The notes beneath the pieces are model-generated. The model did not search any database. It saw nothing but the letters and a program-made list of their open reading frames with translations, and was not told the origin of the DNA. From the NCBI GenBank assembly GCA_035499575.1, contig DATJYN010000170.1:4123-68122 (forward strand): 64,000 nt of DNA, written 5' to 3'. Positions 44,848-56,280 of the stretch are shown here, in pieces. The position numbers and the translations under genes were made by a program. The DNA comes from Burkholderiales bacterium. GTDB taxonomy: Bacteria > Pseudomonadota > Gammaproteobacteria > Burkholderiales > SG8-39. How positions within the stretch are numbered: position 1 is the first letter of the stretch; the number at the start of each line of letters is the position of its first letter.

Positions 44848-45904
44848 CGTCGCCATCCTGGGCGGCGGCCCGGCGGGCTGCGCGCTCGCCTTGCTGTTGC
44901 AACAGGACGGCATGTCGGTCGCATTGAGCCGGATAAGGAAGCAAGCAGCCGCCCCGCTTCGTCCCGCATTGCGTCCGCTGGCGCTCTCCCATGCCAGCCG
45001 GCTGATCCTCGAGCGCGTCGGCGCGTGGCGGGCGCTCGCAGCCACGCCGATCGCCACCATCCATGTATCGCAGCAGGGCGGATTTGGCCGCACGCGCATC
45101 AGCGCCGCCGACGCCGGCGTGCCGGCACTTGGCTACGTACTGGATTACGGGTCGCTGCTCGACGCGCTTTCTTCCCTCGTGGACGAGAGAAAAATTCCGG
45201 CGGAACCCGATCCCGCCGGCCGCCTGCTCACCGTTCACGCCGAAGGCGCATCGGACGACGTCGCGACAAAAGACTACGGCCAGGAAGCCTTGGTCGCGCT
45301 GGTCAGCACGCGTCCCGGCGCGGCGGCGACCGCCTGGGAAAGATTCACCCCGGAAGGTCCGCTCGCGCTGCTGCCGCTGGGCGGGCGCTACTGCACCGTC
45401 TGGGGCACCCGCCCGGATCGCGCGCGGGAATTGTGCGAAGCCCCCGAGGCGGCGTTCCTCGCGGAGCTGTCGCGGGCGTTCGGCCGGCGTGCCGGCGAAT
45501 TCATCGCGGCCAGCGAGCGCAGCTGCGTGCCGCTTGCGCTGCGCGTGCGGACCTCGCGCGTCGGGGAGCGGGCCGCGTTCATCGGCAACGCCGCGCAAAC
45601 GCTGCACCCGGTCGCCGGGCAGGGCCTGAACCTCGCCCTGCGCGACGCATGGGATCTGGCGCAGGTCTTGCGTGATGCCGGGGATCCGGGCGATGCGGCG
45701 GTGCTGCGGCGCTATGCCCGCGTGCGCCGCATCGATGCGGCGGCGACCGTGCGCGTCACGGACTTTCTTGCCGGGGCATTCCTAGGCGCGAATCCCCTGG
45801 GCGGCCTGACGCGAGGTTTAGGATTGACGGCGCTGGACATTTGCCGGCCTGCGCGGCGTTTTTTTGCGCGCCGCATGATTTACGGAGCTTCCGCACTGCC
45901 TTGA
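44837..45904 (+). CDS. ubiH: 2-octaprenyl-6-methoxyphenol hydroxylase (UbiH family)
   Basis: 355 aa. DVAILGGGPAGCALA and GNAAQTLHPVAGQGLNLALRD. pepP-ubiH adjacency as in E. coli. Confidence 0.85.
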   Translation: MPADVAILGGGPAGCALALLLQQDGMSVALSRIRKQAAAPLRPALRPLALSHASRLILERVGAWRALAATPIATIHVSQQGGFGRTRISAADAGVPALGYVLDYGSLLDALSSLVDERKIPAEPDPAGRLLTVHAEGASDDVATKDYGQEALVALVSTRPGAAATAWERFTPEGPLALLPLGGRYCTVWGTRPDRARELCEAPEAAFLAELSRAFGRRAGEFIAASERSCVPLALRVRTSRVGERAAFIGNAAQTLHPVAGQGLNLALRDAWDLAQVLRDAGDPGDAAVLRRYARVRRIDAAATVRVTDFLAGAFLGANPLGGLTRGLGLTALDICRPARRFFARRMIYGASALP

Positions 45905-46000
45905 AGATGCTGTTTGGAAAACGCAACAGGACCGATGTTGCTGGGCGACGGAAAGCGCTAGAATTCGCTCCCCTCGCAACGCGTTCATAGACACGAACTG

Positions 46001-46987
46001 ATGCATCTCGGCGCCCATGTGTTGCGCAACGGCCTGTTCGTCGCCCCGATGGCGGGCATCACCGACCGGCCCTTCCGCACGCTTTGCCGTCGCTTCGGCG
46101 CCGGCCTCGCGGTATCCGAGATGATCTCCGCGCGCCCCGATCTGCGCGGCACGCGCAAGTCTCGCCTGCGTCGCGAACATAGCGGCGAAACCGGCCCCGT
46201 TTCAGTGCAGATTGCGGGCGCCGATCCGGCGCAAATGGCGGACGCGGCGCGGCTAAACGCGGATGAGGGGGCCCAGATCATCGACATCAACATGGGCTGC
46301 CCGGCGAAAAAGGTCTGCAATGTCGCGGCAGGCTCGGCCCTGCTGTCGGACGAAGCGCTGGTGGCGCGCATCCTGGCTGCCGTCGTCGCGGCCGTGAACG
46401 TGCCGGTGACGCTGAAGATTCGCACCGGCCCGGACCCGGATCGCCGCAACGCGCTGCGCATCGCGCGCATCGCCGAAAGCGCCGGTATCCAGCTACTCGC
46501 GGTGCACGGGCGCACGCGCGCCTGCGGCTTCCGCGGCGAGGCAGAGTTCGACAGCATCGCCGAGGTCAAGGCGGGCGTGCGCATCCCCGTGATCGCCAAC
46601 GGCGACATCGCTACGCCCGAGGAAGCGAAGCGCGTCCTCGATTACACGCGCGCCGACGGCATCATGATCGGCCGCGCCGCACACGGCCGGCCCTGGATAT
46701 TCAGGGAATTCCTGTCGTACCTGGATGGCGGCGCGAGTACTCCCGCGGCGGCGCCGGCGGAGATGCGCGCCGTGGTGCTGGAGCACCTTGAAGGCATCTA
46801 CGCGCTCTACGGCGAGGAACTGGGCGTACGCATCGCGCGCAAGCACATCGGCTGGTACGTGCGCGGGCTGCCTGGCGGCGAAGCTTTTCGCCGCGAGGCC
46901 AATGCGATCCTGTCGGCGCCGGTGCAGCTCGCCGCCGTGGGCCGCTTCTTCGACGCGCTGCCGGCGCAACTTCCCCTTGCCGCATGA
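46001..46987 (+). CDS. dusB: tRNA-dihydrouridine synthase B
   Basis: 328 aa. FVAPMAGITDRPFR, DINMGCPAKKV and the dusB-fis pair. Confidence 0.93.
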   Translation: MHLGAHVLRNGLFVAPMAGITDRPFRTLCRRFGAGLAVSEMISARPDLRGTRKSRLRREHSGETGPVSVQIAGADPAQMADAARLNADEGAQIIDINMGCPAKKVCNVAAGSALLSDEALVARILAAVVAAVNVPVTLKIRTGPDPDRRNALRIARIAESAGIQLLAVHGRTRACGFRGEAEFDSIAEVKAGVRIPVIANGDIATPEEAKRVLDYTRADGIMIGRAAHGRPWIFREFLSYLDGGASTPAAAPAEMRAVVLEHLEGIYALYGEELGVRIARKHIGWYVRGLPGGEAFRREANAILSAPVQLAAVGRFFDALPAQLPLAA

Positions 46988-47223
46988 GCCGCAACACCGA
47001 ACTCGCCGAAGCCGTGAAGCGCTCCCTGGAGCGCTACTTCCGCGACATGGACGGCGAACGGCCGACCGCCATCTACGACATGGTTCTGAAGAACATCGAG
47101 CGGCCGCTGATCGAGACCGTGCTCGGAAAAGCCGAGGGCAACCAGAGTGCCGCTGCGGCGATGCTCGGCATCGACCGCAATACCCTGCGCAAGAAAATCC
47201 AGCAGCTGCGGATCAAGGCGTGA
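46984..47223 (+). CDS. fis: DNA-binding protein Fis
   Basis: 79 aa with the C-terminal [28 protein letters not shown] overlap with dusB. Confidence 0.93.
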   Translation: MSRNTELAEAVKRSLERYFRDMDGERPTAIYDMVLKNIERPLIETVLGKAEGNQSAAAAMLGIDRNTLRKKIQQLRIKA

Positions 47224-47248
47224 AGGTAACGCCGGGGAAACCCAGACG

Positions 47249-48805
47249 GTGAAAGTCGCGCGGGCGCTGATCAGCGTCTCCGACAAGACCGGTGTCGTCG
47301 AACTGGCGCGCGCCCTCGCCGCACGGAAGGTCGAGATCCTGTCCACCGGCGGCACCGCCGCGCTGCTCAAGAAGGAAGGCGTTCCGGTTACGGAAGTCTC
47401 GGCCCACACCGGCTTTCCAGAGATGCTCGATGGCCGGGTAAAGACCCTGCACCCGAAGATCCACGGCGGCATCCTGGCGCGGCGCGACCTGCGCGAACAC
47501 ATGGCGGCGATCGAAAGCGCGGGCATCCCGCCGATCGACCTGATTGTCGTCAACCTCTACCCGTTCGAGGCGACCGTGGCCGATCCCGACTGCGGCCTGG
47601 AGAATGCCATCGAGAACATCGACATCGGCGGGCCGGCGATGCTGCGCGCGGCCGCGAAGAACTACGGCGGCGTCGCGGTAGTGGTGGATCCGTCCGACTA
47701 TGCGAAGGTACTGGAAGAAATCGGCGCGGGCGGTGCCGTTTCGGCGGCGACGCGGTTCGGGCTCGCAAAAAAGGTGTTCGCGCACACCGCCGCCTACGAT
47801 GGCGCGATCGCGAACTACCTCACCTCGCTCGACGCCCAGGACAGGCGCCTGCCTTATCCGGACGTGCTCAGCCTGCAGTTCCGCAAGCTCCAGGACATGC
47901 GCTACGGCGAAAACCCGCACCAGACCGCGGCGTTCTACCGCGACGCGAATCCCGTCGCCGGCGGCATCGCCGCATATTCCGTGCTGCAGGGAAAAGAACT
48001 TTCGTACAACAACATCGCGGACTCCGATGCTGCCTGGGAATGCGTGAAGAGCTTTGCCGAACCAGCCTGCGTCATCGTCAAGCACGCCAATCCCTGCGGC
48101 GTAGCGATTGCGGACAGCCCGCTCGCGGCCTACCGCAAGGCCTTCAAGACCGATCCTACGTCCGCCTTCGGGGGCATCCTGGCCTTCAACCGCGCGCTCG
48201 ACCGTGCGGCGGCAGAGGAGATCGGCAAGCAGTTCGCCGAGGTCATCATCGCGCCGCGCATCGAGCCGGCGGCGCGCGAAATCCTGGCCGGCAGGCAGAA
48301 CCTGCGCGTGCTGGAGGTGCCGGTGGCGCATGAAACGCAGGCCCGCGACTTCAAGCGCGTCGGCGGCGGACTGCTGGTGCAAAGCACGGATGCGAAGGCG
48401 ATCGACAGGAAAGATCTGGCTTTGAAAACAAAAAAGAAACCGAGCGAGGCGCAGTGGACCGACCTGCTCTTCGCCTGGAAGGTGGCGAGGTTCGTCAAAT
48501 CGAACGCCATCGTGTTCTGCCGCGACGGCGCCACGGTCGGCGTCGGCGCCGGTCAGATGAGCCGCGTCGACAGCGCGCGCATCGCCGCGATCAAGGCGAA
48601 GAGCGCCGGCCTGGAGCTCGCCGACTCGGTGGTGGCATCGGACGCGTTCTTTCCGTTCCGCGACGGCCTGGACGCGGTGATCGACGCGGGCGCAGCCGCG
48701 GTGATCCAGCCCGGCGGCAGCGTGCGCGACGACGAGGTGATCGCGGCGGCCGACGAACGCGGCATCGCCATGGTCTTCACCGGCGTGCGGCACTTCAGGC
48801 ATTGA
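47249..48805 (+). CDS. purH: bifunctional AICAR formyltransferase / IMP cyclohydrolase
   Basis: The GTG at 47249 gives [21 protein letters not shown] (MGS-like domain). C-terminal [10 protein letters not shown]...FTGVRHFRH. Confidence 0.95.
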   Translation: MKVARALISVSDKTGVVELARALAARKVEILSTGGTAALLKKEGVPVTEVSAHTGFPEMLDGRVKTLHPKIHGGILARRDLREHMAAIESAGIPPIDLIVVNLYPFEATVADPDCGLENAIENIDIGGPAMLRAAAKNYGGVAVVVDPSDYAKVLEEIGAGGAVSAATRFGLAKKVFAHTAAYDGAIANYLTSLDAQDRRLPYPDVLSLQFRKLQDMRYGENPHQTAAFYRDANPVAGGIAAYSVLQGKELSYNNIADSDAAWECVKSFAEPACVIVKHANPCGVAIADSPLAAYRKAFKTDPTSAFGGILAFNRALDRAAAEEIGKQFAEVIIAPRIEPAAREILAGRQNLRVLEVPVAHETQARDFKRVGGGLLVQSTDAKAIDRKDLALKTKKKPSEAQWTDLLFAWKVARFVKSNAIVFCRDGATVGVGAGQMSRVDSARIAAIKAKSAGLELADSVVASDAFFPFRDGLDAVIDAGAAAVIQPGGSVRDDEVIAAADERGIAMVFTGVRHFRH

Positions 48806-48818
48806 ACCGGAAGCTGCC

Positions 48819-50090
48819 GTGAAACTCCTGGTTATCGGCGCCGGCGGGCGCGAGCACGCGATGGCGTGGCGGCTTGCGCAAAGCCCGAAGGTGCAGAAGG
48901 TTTTCGTCTCGCCCGGCAACGGCGGCACGGCGACGGAGAATGGTCTCGAGAATCTGGCACTGACTGATTTTCCCCAGCTAATTTCTTTCTGCAAAAAGGA
49001 ACAGATCCACCTGACCGTAGTCGGACCGGAGGCGCCGCTCTCCGCCGGCATCGTCGACGCCTTCCAGGAAGCCGGGCTGAAAATATTCGGGCCGGTGCGC
49101 GCGGCGGCGCAACTCGAGGCTTCGAAGGACTTTGCCAAGCAGTTCATGCTGCGCCACGGCCTGCCGACCGCGAGGCATGCCACGTTCACCGGCGCCGCGG
49201 AAGCGAAGGCCTACATCGACAAGCAGGGCGCGCCGATCGTCGTCAAGGCGGACGGCCTCGCCGCGGGCAAGGGCGTGGTGGTCGCCGCGACCATCGCCGA
49301 AGCGAAGGCGGCCGTCGACCTGATGCTGGTCGAGAACAAGCTGGGCGACGCCGGCGCGCGCGTGGTGATCGAAGAATTCCTTGAAGGCGAGGAAGCCAGC
49401 TTCATCGTGATGGCGGACGGCGCGCACGCGCTGCCGCTTGCCACCAGCCAGGACCACAAGCGGCTGAAGGACGGCGACCAGGGTCCGAATACCGGCGGCA
49501 TGGGCGCCTACTCGCCCGCGCCGGTGGTCACGCCGCAGCTGCATGCGCGCGTGATGCGCGAAATCATCCGGCCGGCGATCGCCGGGATGGCGAAGGACGG
49601 CACGCCCTACGTCGGATTTCTTTATGCAGGCCTGATGATCGACAAGGCAGGCAATCCGAAGACGCTGGAGTTCAACTGCCGCCTGGGCGACCCGGAAACG
49701 CAGCCGATCATGCTGCGCCTGAAGTCCGACCTGCTCGGACTCGTCGAACACGCGCTCGAGGGCTCGCTGAACCGCGCCGCCGCCGACTGGGACCGCCGCC
49801 CGGCGCTCGGCGTGGTGCTCGCCGCTCCCGGCTATCCGGACGAGCCGCGCAAGGGAGCGGAAATCTCCGGCCTGCGCAAGGGCAGCGACGACTGCCGCGT
49901 GTTCCACGCCGGCACCAAACTCGAGGGCCGGAAAATCGTCACCAACGGCGGCCGCGTGCTCTGCGTCACCGCGCTCGGCGACTCGCTGAAGATGGCCCGC
50001 AGCCGCGCTTACGCTGCGGTCGACGAGATCCGCTTCGACGGCATGCAGTTCCGCAAGGACATCGGGCACCGGGCGTTGAAGAAGGGTTGA
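48819..50090 (+). CDS. purD: phosphoribosylamine--glycine ligase
   Basis: 423 aa with a GTG start. [20 protein letters not shown]-grasp core, C-terminal [11 protein letters not shown]. Confidence 0.95.
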   Translation: MKLLVIGAGGREHAMAWRLAQSPKVQKVFVSPGNGGTATENGLENLALTDFPQLISFCKKEQIHLTVVGPEAPLSAGIVDAFQEAGLKIFGPVRAAAQLEASKDFAKQFMLRHGLPTARHATFTGAAEAKAYIDKQGAPIVVKADGLAAGKGVVVAATIAEAKAAVDLMLVENKLGDAGARVVIEEFLEGEEASFIVMADGAHALPLATSQDHKRLKDGDQGPNTGGMGAYSPAPVVTPQLHARVMREIIRPAIAGMAKDGTPYVGFLYAGLMIDKAGNPKTLEFNCRLGDPETQPIMLRLKSDLLGLVEHALEGSLNRAAADWDRRPALGVVLAAPGYPDEPRKGAEISGLRKGSDDCRVFHAGTKLEGRKIVTNGGRVLCVTALGDSLKMARSRAYAAVDEIRFDGMQFRKDIGHRALKKG

Positions 50091-50094
50091 AGGC

Positions 50095-50976
50095 TTGGAT
50101 ACCCGCCCGGTCCGCGACTACTTCACCGCGCTGCAGGCGCGCATCGTCGGGGCGCTCGCGCAGCTCGACGGCACGCCGTTCGCGACCGAACACTGGGAGC
50201 GCGCCGAGGGCGGCGGCGGCGCTTCCTGCTACGTCGAGGAAGGCAGGCTGCTGGAGCGCGGCGGCGTCAATTTCTCTCACGTCAGCGGCGCCCAATTGCC
50301 GCCCAGCGCCTCGGCCTCGCGGCCCGAGCTCGCCGGCAAGCGCTTCGAGGCGATGGGCGTGTCGCTGGTGCTGCATCCGCGCAATCCCTATTGCCCGACG
50401 GTGCACATGAACGTGCGGTTCTTTTCCTCGGGCGACACCTGGTGGTTCGGCGGCGGCATGGATCTGACGCCCTACTACGGCTTCGAGGAGGACGCGAAGC
50501 ATTTCCACGCTACCTGCAAGCGCGCGCTCGAGCCTTTCGGCGCCGGCCTGCACCCGCGCTACAAGAAGTGGTGCGACGAGTACTTCTTCCTGAAGCACCG
50601 CAACGAAGCGCGCGGCGTCGGCGGCATCTTCTTCGATGACCTGGCCGAACCCGATTTCGACACCGCGTTCTCGATCACGCGTTCGGTCGGCGACCACTTC
50701 ATCACCGCCTACGCGCCGATCATCGAGCGCCGCAGCGGCATGCCATGGACCGGCGCCGAGCGCGCATTCCAGTGCTATCGGCGCGGGCGTTACGTGGAAT
50801 TCAACCTGGTCTACGACCGCGGCACCCTGTTCGGCCTGCAGTCCGGCGGCCGCACGGAAGCCATCCTGATGTCCCTGCCGCCTGCCGTCACCTGGCGCTA
50901 CGGCTGGACGCCCACACCCGGTTCGCCCGAAGCCAGGCTCTACTCCGACTTCCTCAAGCCGAAAGACTGGGTCTAG
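50095..50976 (+). CDS. hemF: oxygen-dependent coproporphyrinogen III oxidase
   Basis: 293 aa with a TTG start. [17 protein letters not shown] and GGIFFDDL motifs. Confidence 0.93.
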   Translation: MDTRPVRDYFTALQARIVGALAQLDGTPFATEHWERAEGGGGASCYVEEGRLLERGGVNFSHVSGAQLPPSASASRPELAGKRFEAMGVSLVLHPRNPYCPTVHMNVRFFSSGDTWWFGGGMDLTPYYGFEEDAKHFHATCKRALEPFGAGLHPRYKKWCDEYFFLKHRNEARGVGGIFFDDLAEPDFDTAFSITRSVGDHFITAYAPIIERRSGMPWTGAERAFQCYRRGRYVEFNLVYDRGTLFGLQSGGRTEAILMSLPPAVTWRYGWTPTPGSPEARLYSDFLKPKDWV

Positions 50977-51470
50977 CGGGTCCAGGCCAGCCGAAAGCGC
51001 TGGCATATCACCAGCGTCGTTTCCCCGAATTCGCCGCCCTGCCTGGCGCACACCCTGCCGAAATACTTCCGGTGAGCGGCCTGCCAGGACGCCAGCGTCC
51101 CGTCGCCTTCGCCCTCGTCAGCCGCGAATGCCGCATCCACCTCCTGAAAGGGAACCTGCCGGACTTCGACCAGCTCGATGATCGCGACAGGTACGCCGTC
51201 CGCCCGCGTGACAATGCCGACGTCGCCGGATTTCGGCAACGGCAACCCGGGGAAAGTGAACTCGGCCGGCAAGCTGGCAGTAGCCCGTTTCCGTCCAGCT
51301 ACCACAAGTGCAGCCAGTTCATCGGCGAGGGCTGGGGAATCGCCGAAGGCAAACGTATCCGGCGCGGCGCGGTGATGAGGGTGGCCGTCCGACAATGTGC
51401 CGAGGTAGCGTTGCCAGAAGTTCGCGGCAGCTTCCGTCAGCGGCAAGAATCGGCCGCCTTCCGAGGCCAT
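50973..51470 (-). CDS. ASCH-domain protein
   Basis: Only the C-terminal 165 aa of the 360-aa ORF look protein-like ([11 protein letters not shown]...[28 protein letters not shown]). Its ATG shares one nt with the hemY stop (TGATG). Confidence 0.6.
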   Translation of the reverse strand: MASEGGRFLPLTEAAANFWQRYLGTLSDGHPHHRAAPDTFAFGDSPALADELAALVVAGRKRATASLPAEFTFPGLPLPKSGDVGIVTRADGVPVAIIELVEVRQVPFQEVDAAFAADEGEGDGTLASWQAAHRKYFGRVCARQGGEFGETTLVICQRFRLAWTR

Positions 51471-52660
51471 CAGGGCAATTCTCCGGCCCGCCGGAAATGC
51501 TTCTGCGCCTCGGCGGTGCGGCTTTCGCGTTCGGCAAGCCGCGCGAGCTCCAAGTGGGCAGCACGCGATTCGCCGAAGGACAGGCTGGCTTCCAGGTAAT
51601 TCTGCGCCTTGCCCCATAGTTCCGCGGCCACGCAAAGCCGACCCAGTGCGGCGAGCAGCTGCGCGTCCTGAGGACGCTCGCGCAGCCAGCGTTCGGCGCG
51701 CTCGATGCGCACGCGCGCTTCTTCCTGCGTACGTTGCGGATCCATTTTCGGCAGTTCGCCGTAGAGCTGCGCCAGCCCGCCGCTCCATTCCGCAGCCAGG
51801 CTGCGCTCGAGCAAATCGCGCGCCAGCGGAGCGTTGCCCAGCGCGGCGGCGCGGCGCGCGGCGGCGGCGGCGACGCGCGGATGCGCCAGGTCCCCGGCCG
51901 GCATGCGCCGCAGCAGCGCTTCCAGCTCGCCGCGGTCGCCCGCGGCGCGCGCCATCAACTCGATCTGCGCCTGCACGCGATGTTCTTCCGCGATTGCCGG
52001 CGCCAGCGCACCCCGCTTGTCGAGCAGCGTCGCCAGGCGCAGCACCTCCTCCCAATCCTGAGCGCCGCGCTCAGCGCGCAACTGCATGCGGGCGGCGGCG
52101 ATGTGCCGCGGGCCCGCGCCGCGCAGGTTTCGCAGCGCGTTGCGTGCGCTGGCAAAGTCGCGCTCATCCAGCGCCAGTTCCGCCTGCGTGAGCAGGCGCG
52201 CAGTGTGCAGCGCCTCGCCCGCGCCTTCGGCGCGTTCCAGCCACAGGCCGCGCCGCTCGAACTCGTGCATCTGGTGCGCCGCACGCGCCGCGATCAGCGC
52301 CGCGATGCCGGGCGCCGCGCCCGCTTCCCAGGCCAGCGCGGCTTCTTTTTCCGCCCGCGAATAGCGTCCTTCGAAGTAGTACTGCAGCGCCGCGGCAAGG
52401 GCATTCTGTGCCTGCAGGCGCTTGCGCCTTTCGCGGTAGGCGCGCACCTGCGCCGGTAGCGCCAGGGTATGGCTCACGAGGCGCACGACGACGTAGGCGG
52501 CGCCGAAAGCCGCCAGTACGGCAAGCGCGAACAGCAGCATCGACACTTCGACACGCCAGGGCGGGTAGACAAACAGCACGTAGCCCTCGCCGAAGCGGCC
52601 GGCCACCGCAAGCGCGGCCGCCGCGGCAAATACCGCCAGCAGCCAGAACAGCGCACGCAT
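51470..52660 (-). CDS. hemY: heme-biosynthesis-associated TPR membrane protein HemY
   Basis: ATG at 52660 (MRALFWLLAVFAAAAALAV...), with two N-terminal TM helices and then TPR-like repeats. Lies downstream of hemX. The ORF track starts one codon earlier, at a GTG. Confidence 0.85.
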   Translation of the reverse strand: MRALFWLLAVFAAAAALAVAGRFGEGYVLFVYPPWRVEVSMLLFALAVLAAFGAAYVVVRLVSHTLALPAQVRAYRERRKRLQAQNALAAALQYYFEGRYSRAEKEAALAWEAGAAPGIAALIAARAAHQMHEFERRGLWLERAEGAGEALHTARLLTQAELALDERDFASARNALRNLRGAGPRHIAAARMQLRAERGAQDWEEVLRLATLLDKRGALAPAIAEEHRVQAQIELMARAAGDRGELEALLRRMPAGDLAHPRVAAAAARRAAALGNAPLARDLLERSLAAEWSGGLAQLYGELPKMDPQRTQEEARVRIERAERWLRERPQDAQLLAALGRLCVAAELWGKAQNYLEASLSFGESRAAHLELARLAERESRTAEAQKHFRRAGELP

Positions 52661-52714
52661 CACGCGCTCCCCGCCAGCGCACGCATCACGCGCTCCCCGC
52701 CAGCGCGCGCATCA
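52653..52714. repeat. 26-bp tandem direct repeat, about 2.4 copies (GCACGCATCACGCGCTCCCCGCCAGC x2 plus a partial copy with one mismatch)
   Basis: Read directly. Copies lie at 52653-52678 and 52679-52704, with a partial copy at 52705-52714. The repeat spans the hemX stop / hemY start junction. Confidence 0.9.
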
Positions 52715-53755
52715 ACTACTGCCGCGCTCGCGGCGCGTCTTGAAGCTGCGCACCGCATCGAGGCTGTCGGAAATGCTCGGCGGCTCGAAGGTGACGGAGG
52801 CGAGAGACAACTGCTTCAACTGCGCCAGCGCGGCCTGCGAAGCCTTGGCGCGCGCGTCGAAATAGCGCTGGATCCAGCTCTGCGCCGTGCGCAGGTCCTC
52901 GCGGTAGCCCGCTTCGTCACGCGTCAGCAGCGCGAGGCGTGCGTTCAGGAGCCGCAGCTTGAGGTTCTCGCGCAGGAACCAGGCCTGCGGCGGCGGCAGC
53001 AGCGGCGGCTCGGGTGCATCGACGCGGCGCACCACCACGAGTTGGCGCAGTTCCCGCCAGACGTCGCCGCCGAGCCGTTCGAAGAAGCCGTCCTCCTGCG
53101 CAGCGGTCCCCGCCTTGGCCGACTTGGCAGTCGCCGGCCGCTCGATGCGCTCGTCAAAGGCGAGCGGCAGCCCGTCTACCGAGGCCGCCAGCCGGTCCAA
53201 GGCGAGCGAAAGCCCCGGCACGTCCAGCGCCGGCAACGCCTTCAGCCGCTCGATGTCGCGTGCTAGCGCGCGGCGCACGGGCAGGAATTGCGGCCGGTCC
53301 GCGCGCGACAGACGCCCCTCGGCAAGCTGCAGTGCCAGCAGCGCCGCGCGCACGTTGCCAGACAGCTGCAACTGCTGCTGCGCGATCGCCAGGACCTGCT
53401 CGATTTCGGCCAGCTGCCACTCGTCGCGATTGCGCGCCAGCTCCTGGTAAAGCGCTTCCAGCGCCACCTGCTGGTTCTGCGAGTCCGCGAGCTTGGCCTC
53501 CAGCACGCCGATCTTCGCCTGCGCGTCGCGCAAGCCTTCCTGCGCCGCCGTGCCGAGCGCGCGCGCATCGCGGCTTTCGGATTCGATGTCGCGCAGGCGC
53601 CTGGCGAGTTCCTCCTGCGTTGCGCCGATGCGCCCGCGCGTATCGAACCAGAGCGCGGCGACGATGATCGCCAGCAACACAAGCGCTACTGCGAACACGC
53701 GCGAAACCGGGCGCGGCGCGGCGGCGGGTGTCGGCGGAAGCGCGGTTTCGTCCAT
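52712..53755 (-). CDS. hemX: HemX-family membrane protein (uroporphyrinogen-III C-methyltransferase-like annotation family)
   Basis: 347 aa. One N-terminal TM helix (VFAVALVLLAIIVAALWF), then a long coiled-coil-like region. Positioned between hemD and hemY. Confidence 0.8.
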   Translation of the reverse strand: MDETALPPTPAAAPRPVSRVFAVALVLLAIIVAALWFDTRGRIGATQEELARRLRDIESESRDARALGTAAQEGLRDAQAKIGVLEAKLADSQNQQVALEALYQELARNRDEWQLAEIEQVLAIAQQQLQLSGNVRAALLALQLAEGRLSRADRPQFLPVRRALARDIERLKALPALDVPGLSLALDRLAASVDGLPLAFDERIERPATAKSAKAGTAAQEDGFFERLGGDVWRELRQLVVVRRVDAPEPPLLPPPQAWFLRENLKLRLLNARLALLTRDEAGYREDLRTAQSWIQRYFDARAKASQAALAQLKQLSLASVTFEPPSISDSLDAVRSFKTRRERGSS

Positions 53756-53765
53756 GCGCCCTGTA

Positions 53766-54551
53766 TTATCTCGCAGCGCCGAAATGCGCGGTCAGCGCGG
53801 CGAGCATTTCGGTGTCGCGCGGGCCGGCGACGATTGGCCCCCGCAATCCGCGCTGAAGCGCCGCTTCGGCAACGCGCGCATGCGGCACGAAAAGCGGCAC
53901 GCCGGACATTCTTTGCGCGGCGTCATTTCCCAGCATGGCGATAAGGTTCGCCAGTCCTTCAGCGGAAGATACCGTCACCGCGTCCAGGCCGCCCGCCCAT
54001 GCTTCGCGCAGGCGACCGCCATCCGCGGGCCGCACGCGCCGGTAGCAGGCCGCGTATTCGACTGTCGCGCCGCGCGCAGCCAGTGTTTCGCCCAGCAGCC
54101 TGCGTCCTTCATCGCCGCGGAAAATCACGATGCGCTTGCCGTTCACCCGGACAAGTTCAGGCAAGGCGAGCAGCGCTTCGCTGTCGGACTTCGCAGGCGG
54201 GGCGAGCACGCGCGCGAACCCCTGCGCCACGAGTTCCGCTCGGCTGCCCTGACCGACGGTGGCGACTCCCAGGCGTACCGGCCAGGTCTTGCCGCCGCGC
54301 CGTGCGCGCAGCATCGCGAGCGCCTTGCGCACCGCGTTCCGGCTCACGAAGATCGCCAGGTCGAAGGATTCCAGCCGGTCCGCCACGTCATGGAACGGGC
54401 CCGGGTCGGCAAGGTCGCGGACTTCGATGGCTGCAACGCAGACCGGCTCGCCGCCCGCGTCGCGGATGCGCTGCGCCAGGCCCTCGGCCTGAGCATCCGG
54501 GCGCGTAACGAGAATGCGCCGACCTGCGAGAGGTGCCGCTCGTGGTTTCAT
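53766..54551 (-). CDS. hemD: uroporphyrinogen-III synthase
   Basis: The internal ATG at 54551 ([18 protein letters not shown]...) overlaps the hemC stop as ATGA. The ORF-track N-terminal extension is Arg-rich and overlaps hemC. Confidence 0.85.
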   Translation of the reverse strand: MKPRAAPLAGRRILVTRPDAQAEGLAQRIRDAGGEPVCVAAIEVRDLADPGPFHDVADRLESFDLAIFVSRNAVRKALAMLRARRGGKTWPVRLGVATVGQGSRAELVAQGFARVLAPPAKSDSEALLALPELVRVNGKRIVIFRGDEGRRLLGETLAARGATVEYAACYRRVRPADGGRLREAWAGGLDAVTVSSAEGLANLIAMLGNDAAQRMSGVPLFVPHARVAEAALQRGLRGPIVAGPRDTEMLAALTAHFGAAR

Positions 54552-55492
54552 GGCTCGAGCGCGGCGAGGATCTCGGTCGCGCCACGCTCGCGCAGCAGGC
54601 CGGCAACTCGCAGGCCGAGTTCCTCCGGGCGCGCGGCGTCGCCCTCGCCCTCTGCGCGGGCGAAGCGCTTGCCGTCGGGCGAGGCGACCAGCGCGCGCAG
54701 CTGCAGCCTGCCGGAGCGGGCTTCGGCGAAAGCGCCGAGCGGGATGGTGCAGCTGCCGCCGAGCGCGCGGTTCACTTCGCGTTCGGCTCGCACGCAGGCG
54801 CCCGCAGCCGCGTCGGCAAGCGGTGCTACCAGCGTTTTCACATCGGCGCGCGCCGTCAGGCACTCGATGCCGAGTGCCGCTTGCCCGGCCGCGGGCAGGC
54901 AATCTTCGATCGGCAGGAAACTGCGGATACGCGCCTCGAGCCCGAGGCGCTTCAGGCCAGCCGCCGCCAGCACGATCGCTGCATATTCGCCGCGGTCCAG
55001 CTTGGCGATGCGCGTATCCACATTGCCGCGCAGCGGCCGGATGTCGAGCGACGGGTAGCGCGCGGCGATCTGCGCCTGTCGGCGCAGGCTCGAGGTACCG
55101 AGCGCCGCGCCAGCCGGCAGCGCGGCGAAGTCCTCGTACTTCTGCGAAACAAAGGCATCCCGGGGGTCCTCGCGTTCGAGCACCGCCGCGAGCGCGTAGC
55201 CCGGTGGCAGCTCGACCGGCACGTCCTTCATGGAATGCACCGCAATGTCAGCGCGGCCTTCGGCCAGGGCGGCTTCCAGCTCCTTCACGAACAGTCCCTT
55301 GCCGCCGATCTTGGCGAGCGAGGCATCGAGCTGCTCATCGCCGCGCGTAGACAACGGCACCAGCGTCACGCGCAGGCCGCCATGCAGTGCCCCAGGCGCG
55401 CTGTATAGCGCCTCCAGGCGCTCCTTCACGTGCTCCGCCTGCCACAGCGCGAGACGGCTGCGGCGCGTCGCGACGCGCAGTTCATTAGTCAC
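54548..55492 (-). CDS. hemC: porphobilinogen deaminase (hydroxymethylbilane synthase)
   Basis: [30 protein letters not shown] and a C-terminal cofactor-Cys region. I chose the GTG at 55492 (GTGA overlap with the regulator stop). An alternative GTG lies at 55531. Confidence 0.92.
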   Translation of the reverse strand: MTNELRVATRRSRLALWQAEHVKERLEALYSAPGALHGGLRVTLVPLSTRGDEQLDASLAKIGGKGLFVKELEAALAEGRADIAVHSMKDVPVELPPGYALAAVLEREDPRDAFVSQKYEDFAALPAGAALGTSSLRRQAQIAARYPSLDIRPLRGNVDTRIAKLDRGEYAAIVLAAAGLKRLGLEARIRSFLPIEDCLPAAGQAALGIECLTARADVKTLVAPLADAAAGACVRAEREVNRALGGSCTIPLGAFAEARSGRLQLRALVASPDGKRFARAEGEGDAARPEELGLRVAGLLRERGATEILAALEP

Positions 55493-56280
55493 TCTGTTGC
55501 CTCGGGCAGCACGCTTTTGACCGCCGGCCACTGGCGCCGGCTTACCGGCAGCCGCTCGGCCAGGCCTTCCAGCACGACGTTCCAGTGCGGCTCTTCCTCC
55601 GAACCGCCCGCGACGCGCTCGAAGCCACGAATCGCCGCGCGCGCCACCAGGCAGTTGCGGTGCACGCGCACGAAGCGCTCCGCGAACTCCCGTTCAATGG
55701 AGATCAGCGGCTCCTCGATCAGGTGCTCGCCGGCGCTGGTGCGCAACGTGACGTATTTCAGCTCCGCTTTCAGGTACAGCACCTCGCCGACCGGCACCAG
55801 TGCGATGCGGTTGCGCTCGGCAACGGAAAAGAATTCGCGCGCAGCCGCGTTCGCCCGTTTTCCGGCGCGTTCCAGCCGCTCTTTCGGCGCGGGGCCCGCG
55901 GCGCGCGCCTTTTTCAACGCCGCCGCCAGACGTTCGGCGCGCACCGGCTTCATCAGGTAGTCGAGCGCATTCAGTTCGAACGCCTCGACCGCGTGCCGGT
56001 CGTGCGCGGTGATGAAAATGATCGCCGGCCCGTTTTCCAGGCCGCTGAGATGGCGCGCCAGTTCGATGCCGCCCATTCCCGGCATCTGGATATCCAGCAG
56101 CAGCACCTGAGCGCCGCTTGCTGGCAGCTGCTCGATGACTTCCAGTCCGTTCGACGCCTCGCCTGCGACGCTGGTGGCGACCTCGTCGCGAAGGTCCGCA
56201 AGCAATTCCTTCAGCCGGGCGCGCGCCGGCGCCTCGTCGTCGGCGATGAACACCCGCAGCTCGTATGCCGCATCGCTCAC
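55489..56280 (-). CDS. LytTR-family two-component response regulator (AlgR-like)
   Basis: 263 aa. Receiver domain with [12 protein letters not shown] and a C-terminal LytTR DNA-binding domain. Sits upstream of hemC, as algR does in Pseudomonas. Confidence 0.88.
   Translation of the reverse strand: MSDAAYELRVFIADDEAPARARLKELLADLRDEVATSVAGEASNGLEVIEQLPASGAQVLLLDIQMPGMGGIELARHLSGLENGPAIIFITAHDRHAVEAFELNALDYLMKPVRAERLAAALKKARAAGPAPKERLERAGKRANAAAREFFSVAERNRIALVPVGEVLYLKAELKYVTLRTSAGEHLIEEPLISIEREFAERFVRVHRNCLVARAAIRGFERVAGGSEEEPHWNVVLEGLAERLPVSRRQWPAVKSVLPEATE

Noticed and set aside
50973-52055. A 360-aa minus-strand ORF spanning the ASCH gene and the 3' part of hemY. Similar N-terminal extensions appear in the ORF track at 2802-3866, 7176-8666, 16264-17238, 20338-20865, 34043-35206, 34642-35943 and 53766-54902.
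   Set aside because: In each case the upstream portion is low-complexity and overlaps the preceding gene. An internal start creates a 1- or 4-nt stop/start overlap and a sensible N-terminus. Only the trimmed genes are reported.
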